In this document: piece by piece, positions 21,149 through 31,063 of the stretch
How positions within the stretch are numbered: the stretch's first letter is position 1
How the letters are laid out: every line of letters starts with the position of its first letter
Assembly: GCA_022901335.1 (NCBI GenBank)
Contig: GCA_022901335.1_3641.1
DNA: 64,000 nt
Origin: a phage
Direction: 5' to 3' (one strand)
Notes under the pieces: model-generated
The model's input: only the letters and a program-made list of their open reading frames with translations
Database searches by the model: none
What the model was told of the DNA's origin: nothing
Program-made: the position numbers and the translations under genes

Positions 21149-21415
21149 ATGAAATTAACTCAGTTTTTATGGGGACTGGTTGCAGCATCTGATGACCCTA
21201 CAAAAGTGTCCCAATCTAAGCTATGGTCAAACATAGGCATGGCAGTGATGACTGGGGTTTTTATTCATATGGGGTACAATGATACGCTTCCTGAATGGTA
21301 TGCGTGGATATACGCACCTTCAGTAGCCTGCCCCCAGCTTATTAGCAAATTCATCTCGCTCCGGTGGGGTTGCCAGCACCCTGACCACGTTAAAAACGAA
21401 GAGCAAAAAGCTTAA
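21149..21415 (+). CDS. small membrane protein
   Basis: RBS AGAGGG; hydrophobic helix SNIGMAVMTGVFIHMGY. Confidence 0.4.
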   Translation: MKLTQFLWGLVAASDDPTKVSQSKLWSNIGMAVMTGVFIHMGYNDTLPEWYAWIYAPSVACPQLISKFISLRWGCQHPDHVKNEEQKA

Positions 21416-21424
21416 GGAGAAATC

Positions 21425-23170
21425 ATGGCGCAAGACATGACAAGCTTCGAGCAGGCGGTAGATCAAGTAATTGTTGATTCTGAACGTTTGCACTTGATTG
21501 TCAACGGTAACGCTGTGGATGAAGTTGTCGTAGAGGATGGGACCACCATCCCTACGGTACGAAAAGCCATGCTTGACACCCTTTATTTTAAAACGCCACC
21601 AATCCCTTGGGCGTATGGTGCATCCACAACAGTTTTTAACCAGTTGTATGAGTTTAAAGGGGATACAGGCCCTCAGTGGTGGTACGCCCCAGCAGCATCA
21701 AAATCTAACCCGGTTAGGATGCCAGCAGATCCTTCACAATCTCCGAACTGGAGATTATATACCGATTCTGCAGTAATGGCAAAATACTACGCAAAACTTA
21801 ACAGCCCAAGATTCGAAGGTGACCCGCGAGTACCTACACCTCCAATGGATGATAAGTCCGAGTCTATAGCAAACACAGAGTTTGTTGTTGACTATGTGGA
21901 TAGCATATTTAAAGCCATGGAGGGGATGAAAGTTACTGTAGGGTCTTTGGTGGTAAAAGGTCTTACAGAACTTGCTAACACTATAGTTGGTGGCACCCTT
22001 ACCTTACACGGGCCTGTTAATGGAGCGGATTCTACTGCACGCTTCAGGAACCTAATCCTTACTGCAAATACTTCTACACTAACTTTTGCGTGGAGCGATC
22101 CTAAGCATGCAGACTGGAGAAGCACAGAGCTGCAACCTCATGAAGTGGTCACCCACAGAGTTATAGCTGACACTATAACTTCTGGGAAACCAGTGGCTAA
22201 TAACAACGATGTGCATTTTGATGGTCTAGGTAATAACTTTTTTGACTACGTGTACATTCGTGGTAACTCCATGAAGGCAGCAACCGAACCGACATTGCAG
22301 GTTGATGGGACCACCAGGGTTAAGAACCTTGAGGTGACAGGCACCGTTACAGGGATAACCTACTCTGTAGATGGCACCATGATCTACCCTAGCTATATTG
22401 AAAGCACGGGAGATGCACTGATCAATGGAGATTTAGAGGTTGGCGGATCTATAGTCATTCGTGGCACAGCATCTGTCCAGAACATATCTTTAAATACTCT
22501 GAGGGTGAATGAGCGTGCCACTTTTGAAGGGGAAGGGCTTACCGCCAACAAAGGTACGATTACCGAGCTGACAACCACTACTCTAACTGCAACAACTGCA
22601 AACTCTGAAAACTGCAACGTTACCCGCAACTTGCAGGTAAATGGAGATGTTAGTTTAAACGCAGCAGGTACGGGAACCACTTATCTTCACAACCTTGAAA
22701 TATCCGGCACGGTGACTGGGTGGCTGCCAGACTTCTCTAATGTCAACTTTGTCTGCAATGGCATTAACTCCAGTGGTAAGATAACCACCTCTCAAGAAAT
22801 TGAGGCTGGTAAAACTATTACTGCCCCTACTTTCCACGCAGGGAAGGTAGATTTTGATTTAGAGGAGGTTGACGCATCCAGTGGGACATGGACACCTAAC
22901 GGGCAGGCCAGCATGTATGTTGTCCACGCGAAAGGGGATTTTACAATAGGACAGTGGCCTGGGACATCAGCGGAAGATAAACCTTATCCATTCACTGCAG
23001 TTATCTATGTCATTCAGGATGCTGTAGGTCACAACGTGACTTTGCACGATAAGTATGCTATCCTGTCGGCAACACCTGTTATTAACAACAAGGCTAACAG
23101 TGTTACCTTGCTGCAATTAACGTATTGTGGTGTTGGTGATATTGTAGACGTAGTAATTGCACAACGTTAA
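21425..23170 (+). CDS. side tail fibre protein (P2 gpH / lambda Stf-like)
   Basis: RBS AGGAG; SPRFEGDPRVPTPPMDDKSESIANTEFV matches the conserved fibre N-terminal motif; repetitive beta-rich C-terminus. Confidence 0.6.
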   Translation: MAQDMTSFEQAVDQVIVDSERLHLIVNGNAVDEVVVEDGTTIPTVRKAMLDTLYFKTPPIPWAYGASTTVFNQLYEFKGDTGPQWWYAPAASKSNPVRMPADPSQSPNWRLYTDSAVMAKYYAKLNSPRFEGDPRVPTPPMDDKSESIANTEFVVDYVDSIFKAMEGMKVTVGSLVVKGLTELANTIVGGTLTLHGPVNGADSTARFRNLILTANTSTLTFAWSDPKHADWRSTELQPHEVVTHRVIADTITSGKPVANNNDVHFDGLGNNFFDYVYIRGNSMKAATEPTLQVDGTTRVKNLEVTGTVTGITYSVDGTMIYPSYIESTGDALINGDLEVGGSIVIRGTASVQNISLNTLRVNERATFEGEGLTANKGTITELTTTTLTATTANSENCNVTRNLQVNGDVSLNAAGTGTTYLHNLEISGTVTGWLPDFSNVNFVCNGINSSGKITTSQEIEAGKTITAPTFHAGKVDFDLEEVDASSGTWTPNGQASMYVVHAKGDFTIGQWPGTSAEDKPYPFTAVIYVIQDAVGHNVTLHDKYAILSATPVINNKANSVTLLQLTYCGVGDIVDVVIAQR

Positions 23171-23179
23171 TATATCTAA

Positions 23180-23204
23180 CCGCTCCTGACGGGGCGGTTT
23201 TCTT
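23180..23204 (+). terminator. rho-independent terminator (CCGCTCC-TGAC-GGGGCGG + T-run)
   Basis: 7-bp stem with one G-U pair followed by TTTTCTT. Confidence 0.45.
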
Positions 23205-23218
23205 ATCTGGAGAACACA

Positions 23219-26200
23219 ATGCTTCCAATCCCTTTGCTAAAACTTGGTCGTCATTTCCTCGATAAGAGGGGTGGAATTAAGGAACTTGCTGTTCTGTCAT
23301 ACCCAATAGACAACAGTGATGGTACAAGCAACACAGTATCCTATGTAAATAGCTTAGCTATACTTTTTGATGATGGTCAGCTTAATATTACTGGCTATAA
23401 TAGGTTCGGAGAGTGTCGGACTGGAGATCTTGATACAATAAACTATCCTAATGAGGCAGCTTGGAACGTAGACCATGTTTGGAGAGCTGACCGTGCATTT
23501 GTAATCCGCACATTCGATAATAAATTTTTCTATATTGGTTGCACAGCTGGTCTTATCGGATCGGAGGCAGCAGGTGGAAACGATGTTTGTGTCAGAGAGT
23601 GGACACCTTTGCCGGAACAGATCGTAACAGGGTTGCATTTGGACACCCATCCTGAGAGACTTGTTGAAGTAATGGGTGGCGTAAACAATACAGTGTGGGT
23701 AATTGCTGCACCAGAGGCTGATGGTATGCTTCACCTGTACGGCTCTGGCAATAATACTTACGGCTCTCTTCATGTTGACAAAAGTCAACACGCTACTCCA
23801 GTTAAGATCGGTGAAACATCTGAAAGTCCAGAGACAGGTCCTTGGAAAAATCCAAGAATTAATTGTGAAGTTCATGACAACTCGGTTATTTTTGGTGGTC
23901 CTAACGGATTCTGGATTGCAGGTTATGATTTCTTAAGAAATAACAGCAAAAACACACTAGTTTATCCAGCCGAGCATGTGACTCTTGACCAGTTTAAAGG
24001 CATCCCGGTGGGCGAGACATGGAAAGGGTTCATGTGTGGGCCTAATGGTGCAATTATAGCCACAGAAAGGATGCACAAACCTGATGACCAACAGCTTGTT
24101 AATGTGTTTTATGGTCAGGATGTTTGGGGTGACGACACGTGGAGAAGCCTTAACATCACCTATACCCATGAAGTAATTATGGCTCGCGGGTACGGGACTA
24201 GTGGAATTTTCTTCAATAATGGTACAAAACAGTACCGTGGTTTCTCCAGAAACCTGTGTAACGATATTGGTGCTCAATCTGCTAATAATAATCCTAGGGC
24301 CAATTTTATTCATTACAGAGCGCTGGCAACAGCTAAGTTTGTTGAACAGACAGAGCCAGTAAGCTGGACAGAAAGCGTTTATTTTCAAGGGATCCACAGG
24401 GAAGGTTTCTTAGGCACACTCTGTGTGGTAAATGGAAAGCTTTGGTGGTCAGGAATACCACGTGGTAGTTTTTCAGGATCTAATAACCTCTTTGGTGGCA
24501 GACTTAACAGCCAAGGGTTCACAGAGATTCCGGAGAATTGGTATAAAAATGTCCCGGTAGACAGTTGGGGTGTTGAGGATATTTTCGACGTTAACGGTGT
24601 TAGCAGCGTTAGCAATATTTACATTGGTGACACGGTCAAGATGAAGTTGAAGCCTCAGCCAGAGGGGGCTACGTTCATTATTGACAAGATTGAACTGGTA
24701 AATGCTGCAGGTACGGTTGTTACAGATGCAAATTACCAATTCTCCACCAACTGGAACCACGGCGGGGCCAACGAAGTTGTTGTTACCCAGTATAACAGAA
24801 ATGTTAACAGACGTGGCCTGTACTCTGTAAAAATAACCTATCATGACAAGCATGGCACAGGCAGAACCCATACGACAAGGACTTTGAACTGGAACACCAT
24901 AGTTCCTGCGTATCCGTCCAACGGCAAGTGGCATACTGTCGGTAGAAACAAACAGTTCCATGTCAACGATACTGTATACTTCGGGCTTAACGCAGCTCAA
25001 CCTGCTGTAGAAGGCGATACATCGTATATAGTACGACTCCATAGAATGGATGCCGGGTCTGTAACCTACGATGTGACTCAGGAGATCTACGATCAGAGAC
25101 GTACCACGTATGACAATGTTGTGAAAACACAAGCCTTGTGGGAGTTCAACCCTAACGGCAGAGGCGGTAAAATGTTGCAGGTCAACGAGCAAAACGGGAC
25201 ATCGTTGACTGTCCATGAACATCCAGATCCTTGGCCTGATCCTGGAAAACCTAACTCTGGTGCTCGTACACTGAAAATTGTTAGCCATGATGCAGGATAT
25301 TTCGGAATACGCTGGGAAGCCACAGTAAGATATGCCGACGGGACAACAAACAACATAGGGATCACCCTTGGTGGCACTAGTGAGGATAACTCCCTGAAAA
25401 TTGCCTACACCCCTAGGGGCATCTCTATTGACAACATAGATGTTGTTCGCAACGGTTACGGCGATGTGAATGTCAAAGTTACTCTTGGCGAACATCTTGG
25501 TGGGGAAAGGATCATCATGTATGCCTTTGATCATGATCCGCGCACCAATGGGACTTATGCAAATCAGGCATGGAGTTATCTGATAAATGCACCTGAGCCG
25601 AATACTAAAGAGTTCTACTACGGTATGAAGCGAGATGTGTGCAAGAAAACAGGAACACATGACTGGATTGCTATCTGCGTTAAAGATGAGCGCACAGCTT
25701 GGGATGAGCCTGTTAACAGATGGTTCATAGGTATTCCTACCAGAAGTGATAAGTATGTCGCAGAATATATTGTATGCATGGGCGGTACCAACCTAAACAT
25801 GTGTTGGAACGAAGATGTAAACAAATACTCTGATTATGACTATATGAGGGATTACTCTTGTAATTTGTGGTTTAACCAAACTACAGGTTACCCTCCGCGT
25901 CAGGCAAGGGTAAATCCTGCAATCTTTACAGATACGCAGGTTTTCTTGACAAAACAGGCCAACGAGGTCCAGACCTTCAAGAACAAATACGACCCTAATA
26001 AGTGGTTCTATAACTGCTATGGGGCATTTTTCTGGGGACCTGGAGAATTACCTGGTGGTGGCTCTTGTTTTGAGGCTGCAACTTACGCCAGTGACAGATT
26101 TATGGGCCAGGTCAAGAAATACAAGATAATTCCAGGGCCTGAAACTTTAGGCAACGCTGTCGACCCCTATATCATCATGAGTGATCTAAGATCGAACATG

Positions 26201-28855
26201 GATGGAACATCCATATCTATGCAAGTTCCGGTAACAAACGGATACAAGCGTGTTGTGATGATCATTAAGTGCGATCTGATAGGTAAGCAAGTTCTTGCAG
26301 AGAACGGAACTTCCACCCACCTATTTGAGACTGCTCTGCACTATCAGTTTTCTGATTCACCTTTTGCAGGGGATAAGAGAATATCTGACACAGACGCTGT
26401 GCGATGCAAGAAATTTATGCTAGGTGGTGGGTGGTGGTGGTATGAATTTGACTTAACAGACAAATTCACCGACACGTCTAAAGTAGTGACGGGGCTTCGT
26501 CTAGACCTTGGCGAAAACATGCACAAAAGTGTTTGTGATGGCACCTACGGTGACCCAACAATCTACTTAAAGTATGTCTCTTTTGAGCACCCAGAGGATG
26601 TTGTTTATGGTCCAAAACTGAGACTGTTTGGCAATTGGATTGCTAAAGACAGGGTAGGTATGGGCAAGAAGGTAAGAGGCTTCTTAATGGATGCCGGTAC
26701 AGAGGACATGCTAGTCAATGCAGTGTGGCCTGAATTACCTGGGACTCAGTGGAACAACTCAGCCAAATCTATAAACTGGTTCAATATCCACAGGGCTATG
26801 TGGACAACCAACTGTTACCTGTGGAAAGAGCTGAATGACGGCGCTTTCGGGTTCACAGGCGGCAGAAGAATGGCAATCATTTGCTGGACAACGTTGCAAA
26901 GATGTTATGACCATGACTACGAGATTGGAGGTAGGGCATGGAAAAATATTAGGGATAGAATCATAACCAACTTTGCAGATCCTAACGGTGGTGGAGCGTA
27001 TGGCTTCGACTGCAGCAGGCTCATCCATTTGAACGGATCCTCTGCCTACAAGAAAGAAGGTTACTCTGGGTCTATGATAGAATGGGGCCTGGTGAAAGAT
27101 GCTCGCGTGCTGATGGGTCAACAACTTGCTGCTGCAATAGGTCCTAATGCAGTGCAATCTGTTAAACCTGCGTGGTTTGATATCCCATTGTGGTCATCCG
27201 GTACACCAGGAACTGCTGCAATCAACCCTACCACGGGGGATCTGGAAATCTCTTGGGAGGACTTGAAGCAGGTTGGAGGCTGGGATAAAACAGGGTATCA
27301 GGTCCAGTGGTGGAGGGCTGATGGATCTTTAGCCGCTGATGAGTTTGTTAAGGACAATTTCTACACCATGTCCTCTGCAAAAGCACAGCAATTATTTGGT
27401 CAGGCCACTCCGTCAACGATCACCATGTCTATGTGCTGTAAAGACAACAGGACTGGAGCTTTGGGGCCAAGGGTTGCTAAGGTTTTCTCAGGTATTAAAT
27501 GGAATCTCCCTGTTCAAAGTGTTTCATGGAAGCAAATAGGTGATAACAAGCTGCTGGTTACCCCTGCCTGTCAGTTCAACGCAACTCTTAACGTTGATCC
27601 TGCTGTTGCGGCAAACTCAGCTAAAGCTTCTGACTTCTCTGTGTCTAACACTGCTATGGCAGATGTGAGGAAGATTGACACGCTGAACGCCAGAATTACC
27701 TGTAAAAACACTTATGGCACATTCCAGATCATCAACAACTTCACAGATGCTGATTCTAAGGTAGTGAGGACAGCAAGCCAGACTTTGAGTTTAGGAACTC
27801 TGGCCTATGCGGCCCTGATCACTGAACAGTCGGCAACACTCCAAGGAGGTGGTGTAGGCAAGTCCATTACAACACCTGTGTGGAAGCCAAATGAGTGGGT
27901 TGTGTTCGATTTGACTGTGGACTTCTCCAGTGATAATAACTGGACATGGGTAAGGAATTGTTTGTCACAGTTGATGGGCGGTCCAAGCTCCATTAGCGAT
28001 AGTCACGACTCTACTGACCCGAGCGTGTTCCAGGTGGGTAAAACTCACCCAGAGACTGGAGAAACGTTGCCTGACAGGAAGTATGCTTTGGTTTGCATCT
28101 CTTACGGGAAGGCAGATGTCACCTTCTCAGGGACACACACTTATAACGGAACCTACAACTTCTCAAGGAAGTATAGTCTCAAAGCAGGGAACATTGTAGA
28201 CGAGGTTGGTGTGCTGTATAATCCAGGTAACGGCATAGGGATTGTGGGTGGTAAACTGCAGATGCAGGAACCTTCTATTACCCCTTCCAACGTATCCGGT
28301 ATTAGAAAGACTTGGGAAAGTAATAATACCAACATTGCAACAGTGGATGCTGCCACAGGGCTGGTAACATTTAAAGCTACTGGGAATGTCACCATAAAGT
28401 TTGTAGTTACTGATGATGCAGGGCGCAAAACGTCTTCAACATCTTTTACTGTCAAACAGATGGCACCACAGTGGAGAATGTGGATAGGTACAGCAACAAA
28501 CGGGGCATACCCTAATCCGGCAGGTACTTCTGGTATGAAGACTTTCTCTACAAGCAAACCGATGGAGTACGGCAGCGGTCCTAAGGTAGGGCAGATGGTG
28601 TACTTTGGTGCGTATATTCCTGAAATTATAGGGCTTCCGAGAAGTCAGCTTCAGTTGCTGTTTGGGGCTGGTGTTGACGATCTTGCCACTTTCGGGTATA
28701 GCGACAACATCGAGGCTGCAAGGAGTTCAGGATGGGTAGGGTTCAGAATGGAGTCTGGAAAGGAAGGCAGGGTTCTAGGGACAGCCTCTATAGGTGTTAT
28801 GTTCCCTGGTGACCAGCAGTATCGTCTAGAAGCCTACGCAACCTTTTCTCGTTAG
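23219..28855 (+). CDS. giant virion-associated protein with C-terminal Ig-like (Big_2-type) domain
   Basis: 1878-aa ORF with RBS GGAGAA; Big_2-like segment (...IATVDAATGLVTFKATGNVTIKFVVTDDAGRK...). Confidence 0.55.
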   Translation: MLPIPLLKLGRHFLDKRGGIKELAVLSYPIDNSDGTSNTVSYVNSLAILFDDGQLNITGYNRFGECRTGDLDTINYPNEAAWNVDHVWRADRAFVIRTFDNKFFYIGCTAGLIGSEAAGGNDVCVREWTPLPEQIVTGLHLDTHPERLVEVMGGVNNTVWVIAAPEADGMLHLYGSGNNTYGSLHVDKSQHATPVKIGETSESPETGPWKNPRINCEVHDNSVIFGGPNGFWIAGYDFLRNNSKNTLVYPAEHVTLDQFKGIPVGETWKGFMCGPNGAIIATERMHKPDDQQLVNVFYGQDVWGDDTWRSLNITYTHEVIMARGYGTSGIFFNNGTKQYRGFSRNLCNDIGAQSANNNPRANFIHYRALATAKFVEQTEPVSWTESVYFQGIHREGFLGTLCVVNGKLWWSGIPRGSFSGSNNLFGGRLNSQGFTEIPENWYKNVPVDSWGVEDIFDVNGVSSVSNIYIGDTVKMKLKPQPEGATFIIDKIELVNAAGTVVTDANYQFSTNWNHGGANEVVVTQYNRNVNRRGLYSVKITYHDKHGTGRTHTTRTLNWNTIVPAYPSNGKWHTVGRNKQFHVNDTVYFGLNAAQPAVEGDTSYIVRLHRMDAGSVTYDVTQEIYDQRRTTYDNVVKTQALWEFNPNGRGGKMLQVNEQNGTSLTVHEHPDPWPDPGKPNSGARTLKIVSHDAGYFGIRWEATVRYADGTTNNIGITLGGTSEDNSLKIAYTPRGISIDNIDVVRNGYGDVNVKVTLGEHLGGERIIMYAFDHDPRTNGTYANQAWSYLINAPEPNTKEFYYGMKRDVCKKTGTHDWIAICVKDERTAWDEPVNRWFIGIPTRSDKYVAEYIVCMGGTNLNMCWNEDVNKYSDYDYMRDYSCNLWFNQTTGYPPRQARVNPAIFTDTQVFLTKQANEVQTFKNKYDPNKWFYNCYGAFFWGPGELPGGGSCFEAATYASDRFMGQVKKYKIIPGPETLGNAVDPYIIMSDLRSNMDGTSISMQVPVTNGYKRVVMIIKCDLIGKQVLAENGTSTHLFETALHYQFSDSPFAGDKRISDTDAVRCKKFMLGGGWWWYEFDLTDKFTDTSKVVTGLRLDLGENMHKSVCDGTYGDPTIYLKYVSFEHPEDVVYGPKLRLFGNWIAKDRVGMGKKVRGFLMDAGTEDMLVNAVWPELPGTQWNNSAKSINWFNIHRAMWTTNCYLWKELNDGAFGFTGGRRMAIICWTTLQRCYDHDYEIGGRAWKNIRDRIITNFADPNGGGAYGFDCSRLIHLNGSSAYKKEGYSGSMIEWGLVKDARVLMGQQLAAAIGPNAVQSVKPAWFDIPLWSSGTPGTAAINPTTGDLEISWEDLKQVGGWDKTGYQVQWWRADGSLAADEFVKDNFYTMSSAKAQQLFGQATPSTITMSMCCKDNRTGALGPRVAKVFSGIKWNLPVQSVSWKQIGDNKLLVTPACQFNATLNVDPAVAANSAKASDFSVSNTAMADVRKIDTLNARITCKNTYGTFQIINNFTDADSKVVRTASQTLSLGTLAYAALITEQSATLQGGGVGKSITTPVWKPNEWVVFDLTVDFSSDNNWTWVRNCLSQLMGGPSSISDSHDSTDPSVFQVGKTHPETGETLPDRKYALVCISYGKADVTFSGTHTYNGTYNFSRKYSLKAGNIVDEVGVLYNPGNGIGIVGGKLQMQEPSITPSNVSGIRKTWESNNTNIATVDAATGLVTFKATGNVTIKFVVTDDAGRKTSSTSFTVKQMAPQWRMWIGTATNGAYPNPAGTSGMKTFSTSKPMEYGSGPKVGQMVYFGAYIPEIIGLPRSQLQLLFGAGVDDLATFGYSDNIEAARSSGWVGFRMESGKEGRVLGTASIGVMFPGDQQYRLEAYATFSR

Positions 28856-28863
28856 CAAGGGGT

Positions 28864-28898
28864 AAATAAAAAGGGGCCAAACGGCCCCTTTCTTTTTA
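28864..28898. terminator. bidirectional rho-independent terminator between convergent blocks
   Basis: 8-bp stem AAGGGGCC/GGCCCCTT, loop AAAC, A-run on one side and T-run on the other. Confidence 0.65.
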
Positions 28899-28901
28899 TA
28901 A

Positions 28902-29102
28902 TTAGTAATACTCCCAACATGCTCCATCTTCAGACGGCTTGACGCGCTTACCTTTATGGTCAACATAGGTATAGCCACAACCTTCACAAATAACAGGTGC
29001 TGCATAGCCTTCCTTCCACTGATCCTCAGTGATCAGACCTTCCAAATCTTTGCAGTCAAAGCCAAACAACTCTTCAGAGCAATCTTTACAAAAATCAGCC
29101 AT
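28902..29102 (-). CDS. small zinc-ribbon protein
   Basis: 66 aa with CxxC...CxxC Cys pairs. Confidence 0.45.
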   Translation of the reverse strand: MADFCKDCSEELFGFDCKDLEGLITEDQWKEGYAAPVICEGCGYTYVDHKGKRVKPSEDGACWEYY

Positions 29103-29105
29103 TTC

Positions 29106-29588
29106 TCAGTCCTCGCATTTAACAAATTTTTCTACAGATCCACCAAGCACAGCTTGTTGCTTGATGGCACTCTCTTCATCATAGTGGATAGACTTATGTT
29201 CCGTACCTCCAAACTTGCCTGTGTGGAAGGTGTGCACCCAAATCTCTTTAGGAAGGGATTTATTCTCTTCTTCCACCAGCTCCCATATACCCCACAGGTG
29301 GTCTGTAATATCTTTGATGAAATATCCCTCGCCAAGATTTGTATTCACACTATAGGCTGATTCGTGGTCTCCACAAATATAACGGAAGGCGGTGTACTCT
29401 TTCCCAGGTGTGAAGTGGGTATCCATCAGTATAGCTGTTAAAGAATTCGGGTCTCGAAAGCCCAAGAACTTTAGTTTAACAATTTCGACGTTCACACTTG
29501 CAAGATTATCCATGACAATCTCCTCTGCTTGGTTGATGAGATAATCATATATAAATCTGGTGTTGATGTCAAGCTTAATTTTAAGCAA
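29106..29588 (-). CDS. hypothetical protein
   Basis: 160-aa ORF packed in the minus-strand operon. Confidence 0.5.
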   Translation of the reverse strand: MLKIKLDINTRFIYDYLINQAEEIVMDNLASVNVEIVKLKFLGFRDPNSLTAILMDTHFTPGKEYTAFRYICGDHESAYSVNTNLGEGYFIKDITDHLWGIWELVEEENKSLPKEIWVHTFHTGKFGGTEHKSIHYDEESAIKQQAVLGGSVEKFVKCED

Positions 29589-29676
29589 TTTGAGAGGGTA
29601 TTTTATTCAGGAGGGTAATCTCACAGGGTAGGGCAATTTATGAAGGCACAGGCCTCGTTTGAGGCCTTAAAATAGG

Positions 29677-30057
29677 TTATGACACTTTGACGTAGCGCTC
29701 TGACAAAGCTGGGAAGCCAAAAGCAGTACCTATACTACCGTATGCTACCCACCATTGAAGTTCATCGTGACACCATTTTCCGATCAGAAAGGTGCTGGGG
29801 TAGCGAGTCAGTATTTTGGCATAAGCTTTAGGGTCTGCATCCTCTGGGATAATGATACTTGGAACATCTTTGTTATGACCACAGCAGCAGTTTAGAGTTT
29901 TCAATCCTGCCGCCCATAGACTCATGATAGGCTTAGCCATACACTTATCAAGGCACACACGTTTTTTGCCGTCACGGAGCTTTTTAGGCACATCAACGAT
30001 AACATTTTGATGCTTGGCACCTTTCACTTTCCAATTATAGGATTTACACTTGCACAT
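29677..30057 (-). CDS. Cys-rich putative metal-binding protein
   Basis: 126 aa with CKC...CLDKC...CCCGH cluster. Confidence 0.5.
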   Translation of the reverse strand: MCKCKSYNWKVKGAKHQNVIVDVPKKLRDGKKRVCLDKCMAKPIMSLWAAGLKTLNCCCGHNKDVPSIIIPEDADPKAYAKILTRYPSTFLIGKWCHDELQWWVAYGSIGTAFGFPALSERYVKVS

Positions 30058-30087
30058 TTAATCAATCTCCATCTAGAAAGCAATACT

Positions 30088-30258
30088 TTACTTAAAATCT
30101 TTGTCACCTATTACGATTGCACGAATCCACTCATTGCGATGTTCAATGGCGGTAAGGTGTAACATAATGCAGTGATTGTCATTACCAAACACGGTGCGGT
30201 AAGCTTTAGCAGCACCATGATATAACTTCCACATCAGGTAATGATATCTTCGCCTCAT
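30088..30258 (-). CDS. small hypothetical protein (56 aa)
   Basis: below the 60-aa track cutoff; ATG overlaps upstream stop as ATGA; fills an otherwise 200-bp gap. Confidence 0.3.
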   Translation of the reverse strand: MRRRYHYLMWKLYHGAAKAYRTVFGNDNHCIMLHLTAIEHRNEWIRAIVIGDKDFK

Positions 30259-30734
30259 GGCTCTTTCTCCGGTTCAGGATCTGGGTAATCTTCAATAATA
30301 AAAGGCCATCCGTTCCGCTTAGCCTCAGACTTGTACTCAATCTCCTTCATTGCAAACTCTAACTGATTTTTAGCCGGAATACATGCCGGAGAATCATCAA
30401 TCCAGATATCTGGGTAGATATCAAACTGCGCCAGGTAGGCTGCCTTCTGAACACCGCCAGTATAAAACACACCAACATCGAGCTCCTTGCGCCAATACTC
30501 AATGTCTACGTTGTCTTGAGTGATGAATCGGAAAGTCACAAGGTAGACTGTCCACCCTTCCTTTTTCAAGTCCCTAATCAGGCGGGAGAAGATGAAAGGA
30601 CTCGCATTAAATGTTCCATCAAAGTCAATGGCAATGATGTGTGTGCCGTGGCGAGTCTCGTATGGATTGCTTGTGGTAAGATTACTGTAGTTAAAAGGAA
30701 CTTCTTCCCCGCAGTAGCTGTAGTCCATATTCAC
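30255..30734 (-). CDS. HAD-superfamily phosphatase-like protein (possible nucleotidase)
   Basis: motif I IIAIDFDGT (DxDGT) and downstream WIDDSP acidic motif. Confidence 0.5.
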   Translation of the reverse strand: MNMDYSYCGEEVPFNYSNLTTSNPYETRHGTHIIAIDFDGTFNASPFIFSRLIRDLKKEGWTVYLVTFRFITQDNVDIEYWRKELDVGVFYTGGVQKAAYLAQFDIYPDIWIDDSPACIPAKNQLEFAMKEIEYKSEAKRNGWPFIIEDYPDPEPEKEP

Positions 30735-31006
30735 ACCTTCTCGTTGATAAATTTACGGGCTGTTTGGTGAGTTGTTTCTGCTGTCTTCAGAATGATATTA
30801 ATTTTATTGTCAAGATCATTCATCTCTGCAGTTAATTCAGGAATCTCTCCAGTATGCATAGTGAAATCATACATAGACATGCCCAGAATCTCATTGATGC
30901 GACGGTTGCATTCTGCAGCACGCTGGTTCATTTTCCAAGCTAATACCAAAGCCTCCTGCGTAGCCTCTAGTGCAAAGTCTAATACGTCGGCCTCTTCTTT
31001 CGTCAT
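30731..31006 (-). CDS. hypothetical protein
   Basis: 91-aa ORF, overlap-coupled to downstream gene. Confidence 0.45.
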   Translation of the reverse strand: MTKEEADVLDFALEATQEALVLAWKMNQRAAECNRRINEILGMSMYDFTMHTGEIPELTAEMNDLDNKINIILKTAETTHQTARKFINEKV

Positions 31007-31063
31007 CTCAGTCTCTCCTGTTGTATTGTTGGTAGGTGTATGAATACCTTATAACTCACCTTT

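Noticed and set aside
24473-25660. 395-aa ORF on the minus strand inside the 1878-aa structural gene
   Set aside because: Entirely antisense to a long, well-supported plus-strand gene in a strictly plus-oriented operon; no RBS or promoter context; most likely a shadow ORF.
29650-29667. AGGCCTC-GTTT-GAGGCCT hairpin in the minus-strand intergenic gap
   Set aside because: No U-tract on either strand; function undeterminable from sequence.
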